DNA of 64,000 nt from Patescibacteria group bacterium (GCA_038206475.1 JBBRAU010000001.1:141732-205731), one strand, 5' to 3'; shown: positions 34,635 through 46,105, numbered from the stretch's first letter. Numbers and translations: made by a program. The notes: a model not told the origin generated them from the letters alone.

Positions 34635-35032
34635 ATACGATACCCTTTCGGGCCAAATATGTATCGGTAGTAATGAAAAGTTTCGGCGGTGCGGCGGGCA
34701 TGACAATTGGCGCAGTGTACCTCGCATTTAGAAATCTCGCACTCGACACGCTTCCAGCCCGATCCGGTTTGAACCATCCAGCGTATGGCGCGAATTTTTT
34801 GACCTCGGGCATGGTCGAACTGCAACACCGCAGGATCAGATGCTCCACAATCACGGCAAGGGTTTTGTTCCAGATATTGCCAGACGAGGATATTGTTTAT
34901 CTCACGTACCCGATCTCTTCGTGCGCAAGTAACTTTTCGGTGGTGTTCGGCGTTGCGTGCATAGTATGCGCTTGAGCGCGCCCGATTACATTCACGACAA
35001 TGTAGCTGCAGACCGTCTTTTTTTGGTCCGAT
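34625..35032 (-). CDS. HNH endonuclease (complete HNH/Zn-finger core, no canonical start codon in frame; possible pseudogene or non-canonical start)
   Basis: My minus-strand translation is stop-free from ~35040: ...GPKKDGLQLHCRECNRARSSAYYARNAEHHRKVTCARRDRVREINNILVWQYLEQNPCRDCGASDPAVLQFDHARGQKIRAIRWMVQTGSGWKRVECEISKCEVHCANCHARRTAETFHYY*. It carries CxxC...CxxC, FDH and the CANCH HNH motif. The first ATG/GTG/TTG in frame is GTG 34828, downstream of the first Cys pair. ATC at 35032 is the most plausible non-canonical start. The stop lies 10 nt inside tRNA-Lys. Confidence 0.5.
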   Translation of the reverse strand: MGPKKDGLQLHCRECNRARSSAYYARNAEHHRKVTCARRDRVREINNILVWQYLEQNPCRDCGASDPAVLQFDHARGQKIRAIRWMVQTGSGWKRVECEISKCEVHCANCHARRTAETFHYYRYIFGPKGYRMGL

Positions 35033-35194
35033 TACGATTAAATTGCGCGATATCGCATTCAGTTTTGCAGATCACTCAGCGCTTCGTGTCCATATACATA
35101 TTCTAACTTTGTTCGGGTACAAACATATCGATGATTGTTTAATTCACTCCACACGATACCAAAAAAACCGCTTTTACTCAACTTTCTAGCATCG

Positions 35195-36025
35195 CTACCC
35201 GCGAGCAGCGGTAAAGGAATTTAAAATTGCTTGTTGAGCAGTCGGTAAATCGCTCAGAGAGGTATAGCCGTTAAAAGTAATGGCAAGGTAGGCGTCAAGT
35301 GTCTCGAGACAAAAAGTGATTTCATGTGATCCCGTGTGACCATCGCTGGCGGCCATGTTACGGATGGCAATGAGAGCGGGTTGGCCACTAACGGTGGTTT
35401 GGCCGTTGATTTGAAAAGTGCCAGAGTGACTTTTAGTGAGTTCTTCAAGACTGGTTGCAGCGTATGGACTATTTTTCTTTTCAAGACTGATAGCGATATC
35501 GCTATTTTGACCTTCGGAGTTGCCGTTGGCTGTAGACTCTGGACTACCAAGGAAGATGGTGTCAAAAACGACGGTCTTCTTCCATGTGGTTGGATAACTT
35601 ACCCGATACTCGTCGTTTTCGTAGGTGGTCAGCTGCGTAGCATTTGTTGTTGTGGTGGAAGAAGTATAACTAGATGTCGGCGCACTATTAGTTGCACCAG
35701 AATTAGTAGGTTGGCCAGCAGCTGCCCTCCCTGGAGCTACCTTAGGCGTTGCATTATTTGAAGTCGTTTTAGTGCTCTGGAGTGATTTATTTGTGGCGGG
35801 AGTCGCCGCCGATTGCGAGGTGGCGCTGGGGGAGGCGGTAGATGGCTGTAGGCTGACTTTAGTTGTCTGTGACCGAGCGTCAATTCCGGCTGAAAAGCCG
35901 GCTAGGTCGCCTATTACAATAAAACCGACACCAAGCAGGGTCAGCGCCAGATACTTAGCCGGTGCAGCGATCGGGGTGTGGAAACGACCACGGTTGAGCA
36001 CATCAGCATGCATGATTTTAGACAC
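35195..36025 (-). CDS. membrane-anchored secreted protein with Ser/Thr-rich linker; paralog family A
   Basis: N-terminal TM (YLALTLLGVGFIVIG), a ~100-aa S/T/A/N-rich linker, and a C-terminal domain with YPTTWKK and QQAILNSFTAARG matching the 10360 paralog. GTG 36025 has AGAAGGA 5 nt upstream. Confidence 0.6.
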   Translation of the reverse strand: MSKIMHADVLNRGRFHTPIAAPAKYLALTLLGVGFIVIGDLAGFSAGIDARSQTTKVSLQPSTASPSATSQSAATPATNKSLQSTKTTSNNATPKVAPGRAAAGQPTNSGATNSAPTSSYTSSTTTTNATQLTTYENDEYRVSYPTTWKKTVVFDTIFLGSPESTANGNSEGQNSDIAISLEKKNSPYAATSLEELTKSHSGTFQINGQTTVSGQPALIAIRNMAASDGHTGSHEITFCLETLDAYLAITFNGYTSLSDLPTAQQAILNSFTAARG

Positions 36026-36039
36026 GGTAATCCTTCTTT

Positions 36040-36606
36040 TTACTCGCCACGACGGGCGCCAAATATAATGACTGCCAGCGGTGCCAGTAGGAGCACCAGG
36101 TTTTTGTACTGCAGAATAGCTGCGGCAATTTTACTCTGCGCTAGAATTTGGCTGAGCTGTCCGGCCGACATGAACTGCAAAAGCGCGGCAATCAGGAGCA
36201 CAGTAGAGCAAAGCGAGAAAAAGGCTACCTCAAAACTGGACAAACTACTAACGCGTCCGCTTTTTAAACCACTCTTTTGCGCCAACAGAATAATCAGGCC
36301 CACAAACAGGGCTGCCATAATACTGAACGGCGACAGCTTGCCGGCCACATAAACGTGAAAGATGGTACGATCGCCGGCCAAAAAGTCGGTGATTGGTTTA
36401 GACCAGGTTTCAGCCACCAGCAACGCCACGTAGGTGGCAAACAGCGTGGTCACGGCGCGGTCGCGTTGCAACACCAAACCATAGCCAACTCCGACTATCA
36501 GCGAAATGCCGAGAAATAGATCCCAACTGGGCAGACCACCCTCCTTGTCTGTACACCTTCTAGTATGGCGATAGTTTAGGTAATTGGTCAAACGGTGATT
36601 GGCCAA
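36040..36606 (-). CDS. small polytopic membrane protein (CvpA-like, tentative)
   Basis: Four predicted TMs (LFLGISLIVGVGYGLVL, LFATYVALLVAE, IMAALFVGLIILLA, FFSLCSTVLLIAALLQF). Start uncertain: TTG 36606 per the ORF track, and no canonical start follows the AAGGAGG at ~36540. Confidence 0.4.
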   Translation of the reverse strand: MANHRLTNYLNYRHTRRCTDKEGGLPSWDLFLGISLIVGVGYGLVLQRDRAVTTLFATYVALLVAETWSKPITDFLAGDRTIFHVYVAGKLSPFSIMAALFVGLIILLAQKSGLKSGRVSSLSSFEVAFFSLCSTVLLIAALLQFMSAGQLSQILAQSKIAAAILQYKNLVLLLAPLAVIIFGARRGE

Positions 36607-36648
36607 AAGTAGATAAGAGGGTTACCCTGAACAAAAAGAAGGAGAAGA

Positions 36649-37146
36649 ATGCCCAGCATTTCTCATGCTGCACGGCCAGCTTTCACGCTTATCGAGCTGC
36701 TGGTGGTTATTGGCATCATCGCCATTTTAACGGCACTCTTAGTGCCGACGATTACTAATGCCAGAAAACGCAGCCAATTTGGTTCAATCGCAAAAATATT
36801 TACGAACGAATGTGAATCCGCGAAGAATTATCTCGTGGCCGGAGGCAATGGTACAATCTATACGGACTACCAGAACGCACCGTTACCTCAACCTTGGCTT
36901 ATATACCTAGAACAAAGTACGTATTTTGGGCTGTCTGGCAAGGCACCTACTGCTACTTCTTTAACCTTGATTCTTTCCCCCTTTACGACGTTGCCGTTGC
37001 CGGCTGGTTGGAATAATCAGTGGGCGCTTGATGGCATGCGTAACCTGGTGGTTGGACAGTACAAATTAGGTAACGCCTATAGTGCCATGTATTGCTCCGC
37101 AGATAGTGATGCTTCGTCGGCGATTAGTTATGGCCCAACAGCTTAA
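36649..37146 (+). CDS. type IV pilin-like protein, paralog 2
   Basis: [11 protein letters not shown] then [30 protein letters not shown], with a divergent C-terminal domain. Confidence 0.85.
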   Translation: MPSISHAARPAFTLIELLVVIGIIAILTALLVPTITNARKRSQFGSIAKIFTNECESAKNYLVAGGNGTIYTDYQNAPLPQPWLIYLEQSTYFGLSGKAPTATSLTLILSPFTTLPLPAGWNNQWALDGMRNLVVGQYKLGNAYSAMYCSADSDASSAISYGPTA

Positions 37147-37700
37147 TGGAGGCAAGTACGAATAGCACCAAGTTTTCTCGAGTGCACCGCGGTTTCACGC
37201 TTATCGAGCTGCTGGTGGTTATTGGCATCATCGCCATTTTAACGGCACTCTTAGTGCCGACGATTACTAATGCCAGAAAACGGGCCACCTTTTCTGCAGC
37301 TATGAATGCATTGATTGCTAACTGTGAGCGAGCCAAAGAGTATTACATTAATGGTGGAACTGGACTATTCCCTGATATTGATCGGACTGGATTGCCTGGG
37401 TATAGTGCTACGCGCGGCGTTTATAATAATCAGACTTGGGCAAATTCTCCAAATCCGATAGGCACCCTTGGCCAATCTCCAGATTGGAAGCTGTTCTCCT
37501 ATAACGGAATGGATATATGGCTGTATGCCTACAATGACGAGCAGCAGGTTTATCGGACGCAATACAATAATATTACATACGGCAAGTATCGACTTGGACC
37601 CAGCAACTCCACGGCGGCAAGATGTGTACTCTCAGCTGACGCTAGCGCACCCATTCAGTACGATATGAGAGACGCTAATTCGGCTTGGGTCGCGATGTAG
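37146..37700 (+). CDS. type IV pilin-like protein, paralog 3
   Basis: ...SRVHRG then [30 protein letters not shown]. Start is ATG 37146 (overlapping the upstream stop) or in-frame GTG at ~37182. Confidence 0.85.
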   Translation: MEASTNSTKFSRVHRGFTLIELLVVIGIIAILTALLVPTITNARKRATFSAAMNALIANCERAKEYYINGGTGLFPDIDRTGLPGYSATRGVYNNQTWANSPNPIGTLGQSPDWKLFSYNGMDIWLYAYNDEQQVYRTQYNNITYGKYRLGPSNSTAARCVLSADASAPIQYDMRDANSAWVAM

Positions 37701-37712
37701 CAATGCTACATC
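37694..37712 (+). terminator. palindromic hairpin spanning the paralog-3 pilin stop codon (weak terminator candidate)
   Basis: GATGTAGCAaTGCTACATC, a 9-nt inverted repeat with no T-run. Confidence 0.3.
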
Positions 37713-37734
37713 CACTGTTTGACTGACAATTTGA

Positions 37735-38337
37735 TTATGGACGTAAATTCTTCAGCTGCTCCCAGAGTCGCTTCTCTTCTTTAGAGAGTTTATTGGGAAT
37801 GGTTATGCGGGCGCTGATAATAAGGTCTCCTCGGCCGCGTTGGTGACGGCCACCTTTGCCGCGCAGCACAAACTGCTGGCCGGGTTGAGTGCCAGGCGGA
37901 ATATTCAGCTGCACCGTATCGCCGTCAATATTTAAATTGAGCTGGTCGCCAAGTACGGCCTGGCTGGGGCTGAGCTGTACCTCGGCCTGAATGGTGGAGA
38001 AGGCTTGGCTGAAAAAATCAGAGAAGATGTCGCCAATGCCGCCGCCGAAGCCGCCAATATCGCCAAAGTCTTCTGGACGGAAGCCGCCGCCAAACGGTGA
38101 GCCTTGCTGATTCTGTGCGGTGCTGCCGACGCCGGCCGCTCCGAAGCGGTCGTAGCGGGCCCGTTTTTCCACGTTGGACAGCACTTGGTAGGCTTCGTTA
38201 ATTTGTTTAAATTTTTCGGCTTCACCACCGCCGCGGTCGGGATGGTGCTCAAGGGCCAACTTGCGATAGGCACGCTTAATCTCCTCGGCGGAGGCAGTAT
38301 TAGAGACGCCGAGCGTGGTGTAGTAGTCCATTGGCAT
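37735..38337 (-). CDS. dnaJ: J-domain co-chaperone (DnaJ/CbpA-like, type II: J domain plus G/F region, no zinc finger)
   Basis: J domain DYYTTLGV...[13 protein letters not shown] and a Gly/Phe-rich region ([18 protein letters not shown]). No CxxCxGxG repeats. Last gene of the dnaK operon. Confidence 0.8.
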   Translation of the reverse strand: MPMDYYTTLGVSNTASAEEIKRAYRKLALEHHPDRGGGEAEKFKQINEAYQVLSNVEKRARYDRFGAAGVGSTAQNQQGSPFGGGFRPEDFGDIGGFGGGIGDIFSDFFSQAFSTIQAEVQLSPSQAVLGDQLNLNIDGDTVQLNIPPGTQPGQQFVLRGKGGRHQRGRGDLIISARITIPNKLSKEEKRLWEQLKNLRP

Positions 38338-38525
38338 GGGTTGGTGAAAATTATTACTTACCCGTCATTGCGAACGCACCTAGTGCGTGTGGCAATCTTA
38401 AACGAAAGGATTGCTTCGTCGGCTTGTGACCTCCTCGCAATAACGAGGTGGAGGTGGGCTACTCGCTGCGCCTACCAGGTGGCAGGCCAGGCTCGCAGTG
38501 ACGATGGGTAGTGGATGGGTTCGTG

Positions 38526-40433
<1,908 letters not shown>

Positions 40434-40547
40434 CTATTTTGATTAAAATACTCGTTATATTACGATGTATGAATTCATCATACTATTGGACTATTAATGA
40501 TTATTATTACTTATTTAGTGATCAAGTAGCCTTCCGAATATGCTGCC

Positions 40548-41060
40548 TCAGGCGCCAGCCTGAGAAGGCTTATTGACTATTACTAACGCTGGACGAAGTG
40601 CTTGCCCCTCTGGAGTGAGCCAACCAGCCTGGATAGTTTGGAGTACGAGACCGTCAGGTTGTTTGGGCTGGCTGTCTGTGCCGATGGCTTCATGCTGACT
40701 GGGGTTGAACGATTGATTGGAGCTTTCGATCTGGCGGTAGCCGAGTGCCTGCATTGTCTGCTCAGCTTGCTGGCGGACTGCCTCGACTCCCTTAAGCCAA
40801 TCGGTACAACCGGCTTGGGCGGTGAGCGTCTGCCGTGTCTCAGGTGACAGGTGATCGAAAGCTCGCTCAATAGTATCTATCACCGGCAATAGCGCTAGCA
40901 CGGCCCGGTCGCGGCCGGCTTGGCGCGCTCGCGTTTCGTTCTCAACAGACCGGCGTTGCAAGTTTGCCAGATCGGCGTGGGCTCGCTTGAGCTGGGCCTC
41001 AATCTCGCCTGGCTCAGACTGGTTTAATGGTTCAATAGGTTCAGATTGTTGTGTGGTCAT
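40548..41060 (-). CDS. grpE: nucleotide exchange factor GrpE
   Basis: 170 aa with a coiled-coil N-half and GrpE C-terminal region. Sits upstream of dnaK in the operon. Confidence 0.8.
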   Translation of the reverse strand: MTTQQSEPIEPLNQSEPGEIEAQLKRAHADLANLQRRSVENETRARQAGRDRAVLALLPVIDTIERAFDHLSPETRQTLTAQAGCTDWLKGVEAVRQQAEQTMQALGYRQIESSNQSFNPSQHEAIGTDSQPKQPDGLVLQTIQAGWLTPEGQALRPALVIVNKPSQAGA

Positions 41061-41068
41061 GCCTGAAT

Positions 41069-41086
41069 TGTAAAGTTAACTTTACA
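41069..41086. promoter_or_regulatory. perfect 18-bp palindrome TGTAAAGTTAACTTTACA, 9 nt upstream of the grpE start, in the divergent grpE/comEC intergenic region (candidate heat-shock operator; not CIRCE)
   Basis: Seen directly in the sequence. No CIRCE (TTAGCACTC-N9-GAGTGCTAA) copy is visible anywhere in this window. Confidence 0.5.
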
Positions 41087-41112
41087 TTATGTCAACCAAA
41101 TATTGCTCTTAA

Positions 41113-42384
41113 TTGTCTAGACTGAAGTCAATGCTTGCGCTGATCTGCTTGTTGGTTGGGCTACTGCTGCCGGTAGCCGCTTGGCCGCTGCCCTGGTGGT
41201 GCAGTTTGGCCTTCAGTCTTGGCTGGGCCTTTGTTCTGCTAGCTGTATGGCGGCCGCGGGCGGCGGGACTGCTTGTATTCGGCTGCCTGTGGGCTATCGG
41301 TTGGAACATGAGCGTTCAGCCTGCAAGTCAATCGTGGCAGCGCACCGAGACGCTGCGTCTATTGGAACGCCACCAAACCGGCTGGCTCATTGCCGCCCCG
41401 GAAGGGTGGATACTAGCCAAGTCAACCAAGGCTCCTGGTCTGCTGCCCGGACAGTGGTTTACGGCCAGCGTCAGTTGCCGGCCGGCGATACTGTCACCGG
41501 CCCTGCTCGCCGACCGCATTACTGCAAACTGTACGCTACAAGGCATCCGGAACGGTCGCCTGCCTCGCTCGACTGCCTGGCTAAACGTGGTTCGAAACGG
41601 GCTAACACATCAACTGGCCGTGTTTCTCCCCTCCCCGGTGCGCGATTTGACCGCCGGTTTCTTCTTGGGTAACCAAACCGTTAACAATGCCGCCCTCAAG
41701 CGCGACCTGCAGGCTACCGGCACTACTCACCTGATTGCAGTGTCCGGCTACAACTTTCTCATTGTCGTCAGCGTAATGGCACTCCTGTTGCAGCTTTTTC
41801 TAGCGCCGCGACCGGCGACGCTAGCCCTGATACCCATCATGCTAGCTTATGGCGCTATGGCCGGTTTGTCTGGTGCCGTTTGGCGGGCGCTTTTATTCGT
41901 GCTACTCATTCTGCTGGCTCGCCTACTCTACCGGCGACCACCGGGGTGGTGGTTACTGCTGCTGACGCTGACAGTGGCGACGCTCTGGAATCCCTGGATA
42001 CTCCGCACTGACCTGTCATTCCAGCTATCGGCGGCGGCCAGTTTTGGCGTCATTGTGCTGGCGCCAAAAGTTGAGGCGCTTTTGAAGCGAGTTATCAGGT
42101 TTCGGCTTCGGTTGATAAAGCTGCTGACCGCTCAGTTGGCTGAAACCCTCGGAGCGACAATCGCCGTAACGCCTCTTTTGACCTACTACTTTGGTCAGCA
42201 GTCTTGGCTGGCGGTACCGGTTAATTTGCTGGTGGTGCCGCTTGTCCCCTACGCCATGGTGGCCACGTCTGCAGGCTTGATACTGTCGTTGTTGTTGCCG
42301 CTTTGGCCAGGTGCGCCCCATGCTGTTGCCTGGCCACTGCCAGCCTTGATGCTGGGCGTTATCCACCTGGCCGCTCACCTGTGA
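41113..42384 (+). CDS. comEC: ComEC/Rec2-family DNA internalisation channel protein, short form without C-terminal MBL domain
   Basis: Polytopic membrane protein with the competence-domain motif LQATGTTHLIAVSGYNFLIVV. 423 aa. Confidence 0.7.
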   Translation: MSRLKSMLALICLLVGLLLPVAAWPLPWWCSLAFSLGWAFVLLAVWRPRAAGLLVFGCLWAIGWNMSVQPASQSWQRTETLRLLERHQTGWLIAAPEGWILAKSTKAPGLLPGQWFTASVSCRPAILSPALLADRITANCTLQGIRNGRLPRSTAWLNVVRNGLTHQLAVFLPSPVRDLTAGFFLGNQTVNNAALKRDLQATGTTHLIAVSGYNFLIVVSVMALLLQLFLAPRPATLALIPIMLAYGAMAGLSGAVWRALLFVLLILLARLLYRRPPGWWLLLLTLTVATLWNPWILRTDLSFQLSAAASFGVIVLAPKVEALLKRVIRFRLRLIKLLTAQLAETLGATIAVTPLLTYYFGQQSWLAVPVNLLVVPLVPYAMVATSAGLILSLLLPLWPGAPHAVAWPLPALMLGVIHLAAHL

Positions 42385-42669
42385 ACGTGCGCCAAACGCC
42401 GCTGTATGGTACATTCATGCGTAGCGATGATATTCTTTGCCTAGGCAATAGATAAATAATTGTGCCGCTTTGTCACGGACTTAGCCTCCCCAACAAATGA
42501 AGCAACTGTCGGTCTCCGCTTGTGTCGCAAGGTTCCTCGGCAGGAGTGACGGTGATCCGGCAACACGTGGAGAGCGCTAGGAACGCACGCACCAAAGCTT
42601 CGCCTTTACAATGGGGTTCGCATATAGGGAACACGAGCGAATCGCTCGTTCCTCCGAGGAGTCTCTCTC

Positions 42670-43380
42670 ATGTCTGGACATTCTAAATGGGCGCAGATTA
42701 AGCGCCAAAAAGGGGCGACCGACCAAAAGCGCGGTCAAACCTTCACGAAGCTTGGCCATGCTATTTCTGTTGCCGCCCGCGAGAAGGGTGGCGACCCGAC
42801 TTCGAATTTCACGCTGCGTCTGGCAATTGAGCGTGCCCGAGCAGCCAATATGCCCAAAGAGAATATTGAGAGGGCTATCAAGCGCGGAACTGGTGAGCTC
42901 GGCGGCGCCCAAATTGAGGAGCTGACCTACGAGGGCTATGGCCCGGAAGGGGTGGCGCTCTTAATTCACGCTGTGACCGATAATAAAAACCGTGCCTTAA
43001 ACGATATCAAAACGGCCGTTACTCGGCACGGCGGAAAACTGGCCTCAGCTGGTGCGGTCGCCTACCTGTTTAAACCGGTCGGCCATATTCGGCTGGCGCT
43101 AACTAATTTTGACCAGCAATTTGAGCAGGCTCTCGAAGCCGGCGCCGAAGACATCTATACTGAGGGGGAGGAGTTGGTGATAGAAACCGCTCCAACCGAG
43201 TTGCAGCAGGTGCGGCAGGCGCTCGAATCGCGCGGAGAGAAGCTGCTAGAATCGGAGTTAACCGAAAAGGCGCAGACGACCGCTGAGCTTTCAGAAGCGG
43301 GCCAGGAGCAGTTGCTCAGACTGGAAGACGCGCTCCATGAGCTGGATGACGTGGTCAAAGTGACCGATAACGTCGCCTAG
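42670..43380 (+). CDS. yebC: YebC/PmpR family DNA-binding transcriptional regulator
   Basis: MSGHSKWAQIKRQKGATDQKRGQTFTKL is the hallmark N-terminus. 236 aa. Confidence 0.9.
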   Translation: MSGHSKWAQIKRQKGATDQKRGQTFTKLGHAISVAAREKGGDPTSNFTLRLAIERARAANMPKENIERAIKRGTGELGGAQIEELTYEGYGPEGVALLIHAVTDNKNRALNDIKTAVTRHGGKLASAGAVAYLFKPVGHIRLALTNFDQQFEQALEAGAEDIYTEGEELVIETAPTELQQVRQALESRGEKLLESELTEKAQTTAELSEAGQEQLLRLEDALHELDDVVKVTDNVA

Positions 43381-43444
43381 CATATTCTGCGGTTGCGGCA
43401 CTGAATGACGCCAATCGGTTCTGTCAGATTGGAAAAAATGAGGA

Positions 43445-44083
43445 GTGGGCATCGTAAAAAAAGAAATTGTTACCGTGGCGGTTGACCACTGGCGAACAAC
43501 AACTCCGGCCAAACAGCTGCGGCACATCCGCATTTTAGGTTTAGACCCAGGCACGGCTACCACTGGCTACGGCCTGGTTGACCTGGATGGTGCCGAGCCG
43601 ATCGTGGCCAACTATGGCTGTATTTTAACCGACAAAAGTGTGCCAGCGGCCGAGCGTTTGGTGGCTATTCATGAGGAGTTGACGCTGTTAGTTCAAGCGA
43701 CCAAGCCGGATCACGTCATGATTGAGCGGCTGTTTTTTTCGAATAACCAAAAAACGGCCATGGCCGTCTCTGAGGCTCGCGGAGTCATTTTAATGACGTT
43801 GTCGCAACTCAGCGTGCCATCGACCGAGCTGACACCGCCGCAGGTCAAACAGCGGGTGGTTGGCAATGGCCGGGCTGATAAGCGGATGGTTCAGCGGGCA
43901 GTGACCGAAATCTTAGCGCTTGATGAGCGTCCGAAGCCGGACGACGCCGCTGACGCGTTAGCTCTCGCTATTTGTGGTCTCTGGATCCACCTTGGTCTGG
44001 TCGAGGGCAATCCAGGAGAAGAGACCAAAAAATTGCCTGCCGCACTCATTGCCATGCAGTTGCGCCTCGCGGAGGCGGCTTAA
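43445..44083 (+). CDS. ruvC: crossover junction endodeoxyribonuclease RuvC
   Basis: ILGLDPGTATTGYGLVD and ...DDAADALALAICGLW catalytic motifs. Start uncertain (GTG 43445 per the ORF track, ~25 aa longer than typical). Confidence 0.8.
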   Translation: MGIVKKEIVTVAVDHWRTTTPAKQLRHIRILGLDPGTATTGYGLVDLDGAEPIVANYGCILTDKSVPAAERLVAIHEELTLLVQATKPDHVMIERLFFSNNQKTAMAVSEARGVILMTLSQLSVPSTELTPPQVKQRVVGNGRADKRMVQRAVTEILALDERPKPDDAADALALAICGLWIHLGLVEGNPGEETKKLPAALIAMQLRLAEAA

Positions 44084-45049
44084 ATGCCACGGCTGCGTCG
44101 TAATCCTTTAACCGGCGACTGGATTATCCTCTCGCCCGAGCGAGCCAAGCGGCCGGAAGAGTACGTCCGTCCGCGCCAGCAGGCTATTTCCGACCCGGCA
44201 GATTGTCCATTTTGCCCAACCGGGCCAGCCTATGCCACGAAGATTGCTGAAACCGAGCATACCTACGTTATCCCTAACCGTTACCCAGCCTTTGTGCCTG
44301 ATGACCAGGTCGTCAGTGATGGCGGCCGCCTGGCGGAAAGTGGTTTGGCGCTTGGCCGGCATGAGGTGATCGTGCGTAAATCGCACACTGAACATTTATT
44401 TGATCTGCCGCCCTCGAGGCTGCATGAGTTGCTTCAGGTATCGGCTAGCCGTCTGGTCAGCGCTAAGCGTGATCCGCGTTTAGAGTATGGCCTGGTTTTT
44501 CACAACCACGGCCATGAAGCCGGCAGCTCAGTTGCCCATCCGCACAGTCAGATGATCGCGGCTGCCTTTGTGCCACCACGGCTGCAAAATCTCATTCGCG
44601 AGCAGAAAATGTTTTACGCTGAGCACCAGCACTGTCTGCTCTGCCGGCTCTGGCAAGCGGAAGCCGAATCGAGGGTACGGGTATTAGCGGAGTCACAGCA
44701 CGCTATCGCCTTTTTGCCTTATGCCAGTCGCTATCCGTATGAAATCTGGTTGGTGCCAAAGCGCCATGCCGCTCATTTTGAGGAAATTGCTGAACATGAG
44801 CTAGCCGGTGTGGCTAGCCTGTTGCACATCGTCTTTAAAACCTTGAAAAGTGCCCTCGATGATCCGCCCATCAATTGGGCAGTTTACAGCAAGCCATTTC
44901 GGCCGCGCATCGGCAACGAAGCCTGGCATTGGTATTTAGAAATTATGCCGCGGCTTGAACACTTCGGTGGCTTTGAGCTGGCCACTGGCGCCATTATCAA
45001 TACGCTCTCGCCGGAGCATGCCACGACCTATTTGCGCAGCAAACGCTAG
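44084..45049 (+). CDS. galT: galactose-1-phosphate uridylyltransferase-like HIT-family nucleotidyltransferase
   Basis: Zn site CPFCP and HIT-like AHPHSQMIA (HxHxQ). Confidence 0.65.
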   Translation: MPRLRRNPLTGDWIILSPERAKRPEEYVRPRQQAISDPADCPFCPTGPAYATKIAETEHTYVIPNRYPAFVPDDQVVSDGGRLAESGLALGRHEVIVRKSHTEHLFDLPPSRLHELLQVSASRLVSAKRDPRLEYGLVFHNHGHEAGSSVAHPHSQMIAAAFVPPRLQNLIREQKMFYAEHQHCLLCRLWQAEAESRVRVLAESQHAIAFLPYASRYPYEIWLVPKRHAAHFEEIAEHELAGVASLLHIVFKTLKSALDDPPINWAVYSKPFRPRIGNEAWHWYLEIMPRLEHFGGFELATGAIINTLSPEHATTYLRSKR

Positions 45050-45756
45050 CTCTGTGGGGTGACGAGGTGCAGGCTGGCCAGGGTGTTGGCAAAGTCGGCA
45101 TCTAACCTCGCGGCGTTGAGCGTGGACAGCGTGTCGGTGAGAGTGACTGACAGCACCTGGCCGCCGATCCAAAAGAAAGCCGCTTGCTCATAGCCGGCGC
45201 TTGTTTTCTTAAACCCAAGCCCGGATAGTCCGGCCGCTTTGACCGTTGCTGCCAGGTAATTCTGGCTCTGTTGGCGCAAGCGGACATCCGGCACGTCAGT
45301 CAGTTTGTCGACCGGATATTTCTTCAGGATTGCCGTGAGCATCATCGCCTCAGCGGCTTGGCGGTCAAGCAAAACGATTGACTCTAAGCTGCCAGCACCG
45401 CGGTTTTGGTCAGCCGTGTATGGCTGAAAGTGGCCAGGGTAGCGCAAACTAAAGTAGTGACCCAAAAAATCGCCACTGGCGGGCGTGGCGCTGGCTGACG
45501 GCGCTGCCGACGGTGGCGCCGAGGTGACAATAACACCTTCAGCACTGGCGCTAAATTTGTAGCGCAGCACAATCACAAGAATCATCAGCGCCACCGATAG
45601 CCAGAGGGTGGTATAGCGATGGTGGTGAGTGTCTGGCGGTGCGGCTTGAGGTTTGGCCAACGGTTCTGCTGCCACGGAAGCAGCGTCAGGCAAAATAAAT
45701 GGCGCCGGATGGGCTCCAGGTTGGACACTGTCCAGTAATCGTAGCGGTTGCCCCAT
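45046..45756 (-). CDS. membrane-anchored secreted protein with Ala/Pro/Ser linker; distant member of paralog family A
   Basis: TM (LWLSVALMILVIVL), linker SAPPSAAPSASATPAS, and a domain opening FSLRYPGHF (compare FSFSYPSTWK and YRVSYPTTWKK in the other two). Confidence 0.5.
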   Translation of the reverse strand: MGQPLRLLDSVQPGAHPAPFILPDAASVAAEPLAKPQAAPPDTHHHRYTTLWLSVALMILVIVLRYKFSASAEGVIVTSAPPSAAPSASATPASGDFLGHYFSLRYPGHFQPYTADQNRGAGSLESIVLLDRQAAEAMMLTAILKKYPVDKLTDVPDVRLRQQSQNYLAATVKAAGLSGLGFKKTSAGYEQAAFFWIGGQVLSVTLTDTLSTLNAARLDADFANTLASLHLVTPQS

Positions 45757-45766
45757 CCTTGCCTGC

Positions 45767-46105
45767 TTACTTGGGCGCCTGTACCGTCACCGGCGCAAAC
45801 TGAATAATTTTATCGCTGCTTGGTCGCCACAAGAGCGCCTGTTTGCTGTTTGAAAAAATGAGCAGCCGGTCACCTGAGGCAGCGCGGGCAAAAAATGACT
45901 CGTGCGGCAGCGCGGCTAAATCAGAGACGACCGCTAAAGTCGGTGCTTCGTCTGGTAAATCCGCCATGGTTTTTAGGTGAGAGACAATCTCGGCGGCTGA
46001 GGTTGGTGTAGCTGATGGCTTAGTTGCGGTTCGCGTACGGCGCCAAAACAAACCTACCGCAATCAGTATTGCCACCACAACAAGAAGGGCCAATAAGCGT
46101 TTCAT
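45767..46105 (-). CDS. small membrane-anchored hypothetical protein
   Basis: MKRLLALLVVVAILIAVGLFW TM followed by a ~90-aa domain. ATG 46105 is preferred over the track start at 46168. Confidence 0.45.
   Translation of the reverse strand: MKRLLALLVVVAILIAVGLFWRRTRTATKPSATPTSAAEIVSHLKTMADLPDEAPTLAVVSDLAALPHESFFARAASGDRLLIFSNSKQALLWRPSSDKIIQFAPVTVQAPK

Noticed and set aside
34597-34854. 85-aa ORF overlapping the HNH region and reading through tRNA-Lys
   Set aside because: It is the wrong frame of the HNH gene, lacks the HNH motifs and runs across the tRNA, so it is spurious.
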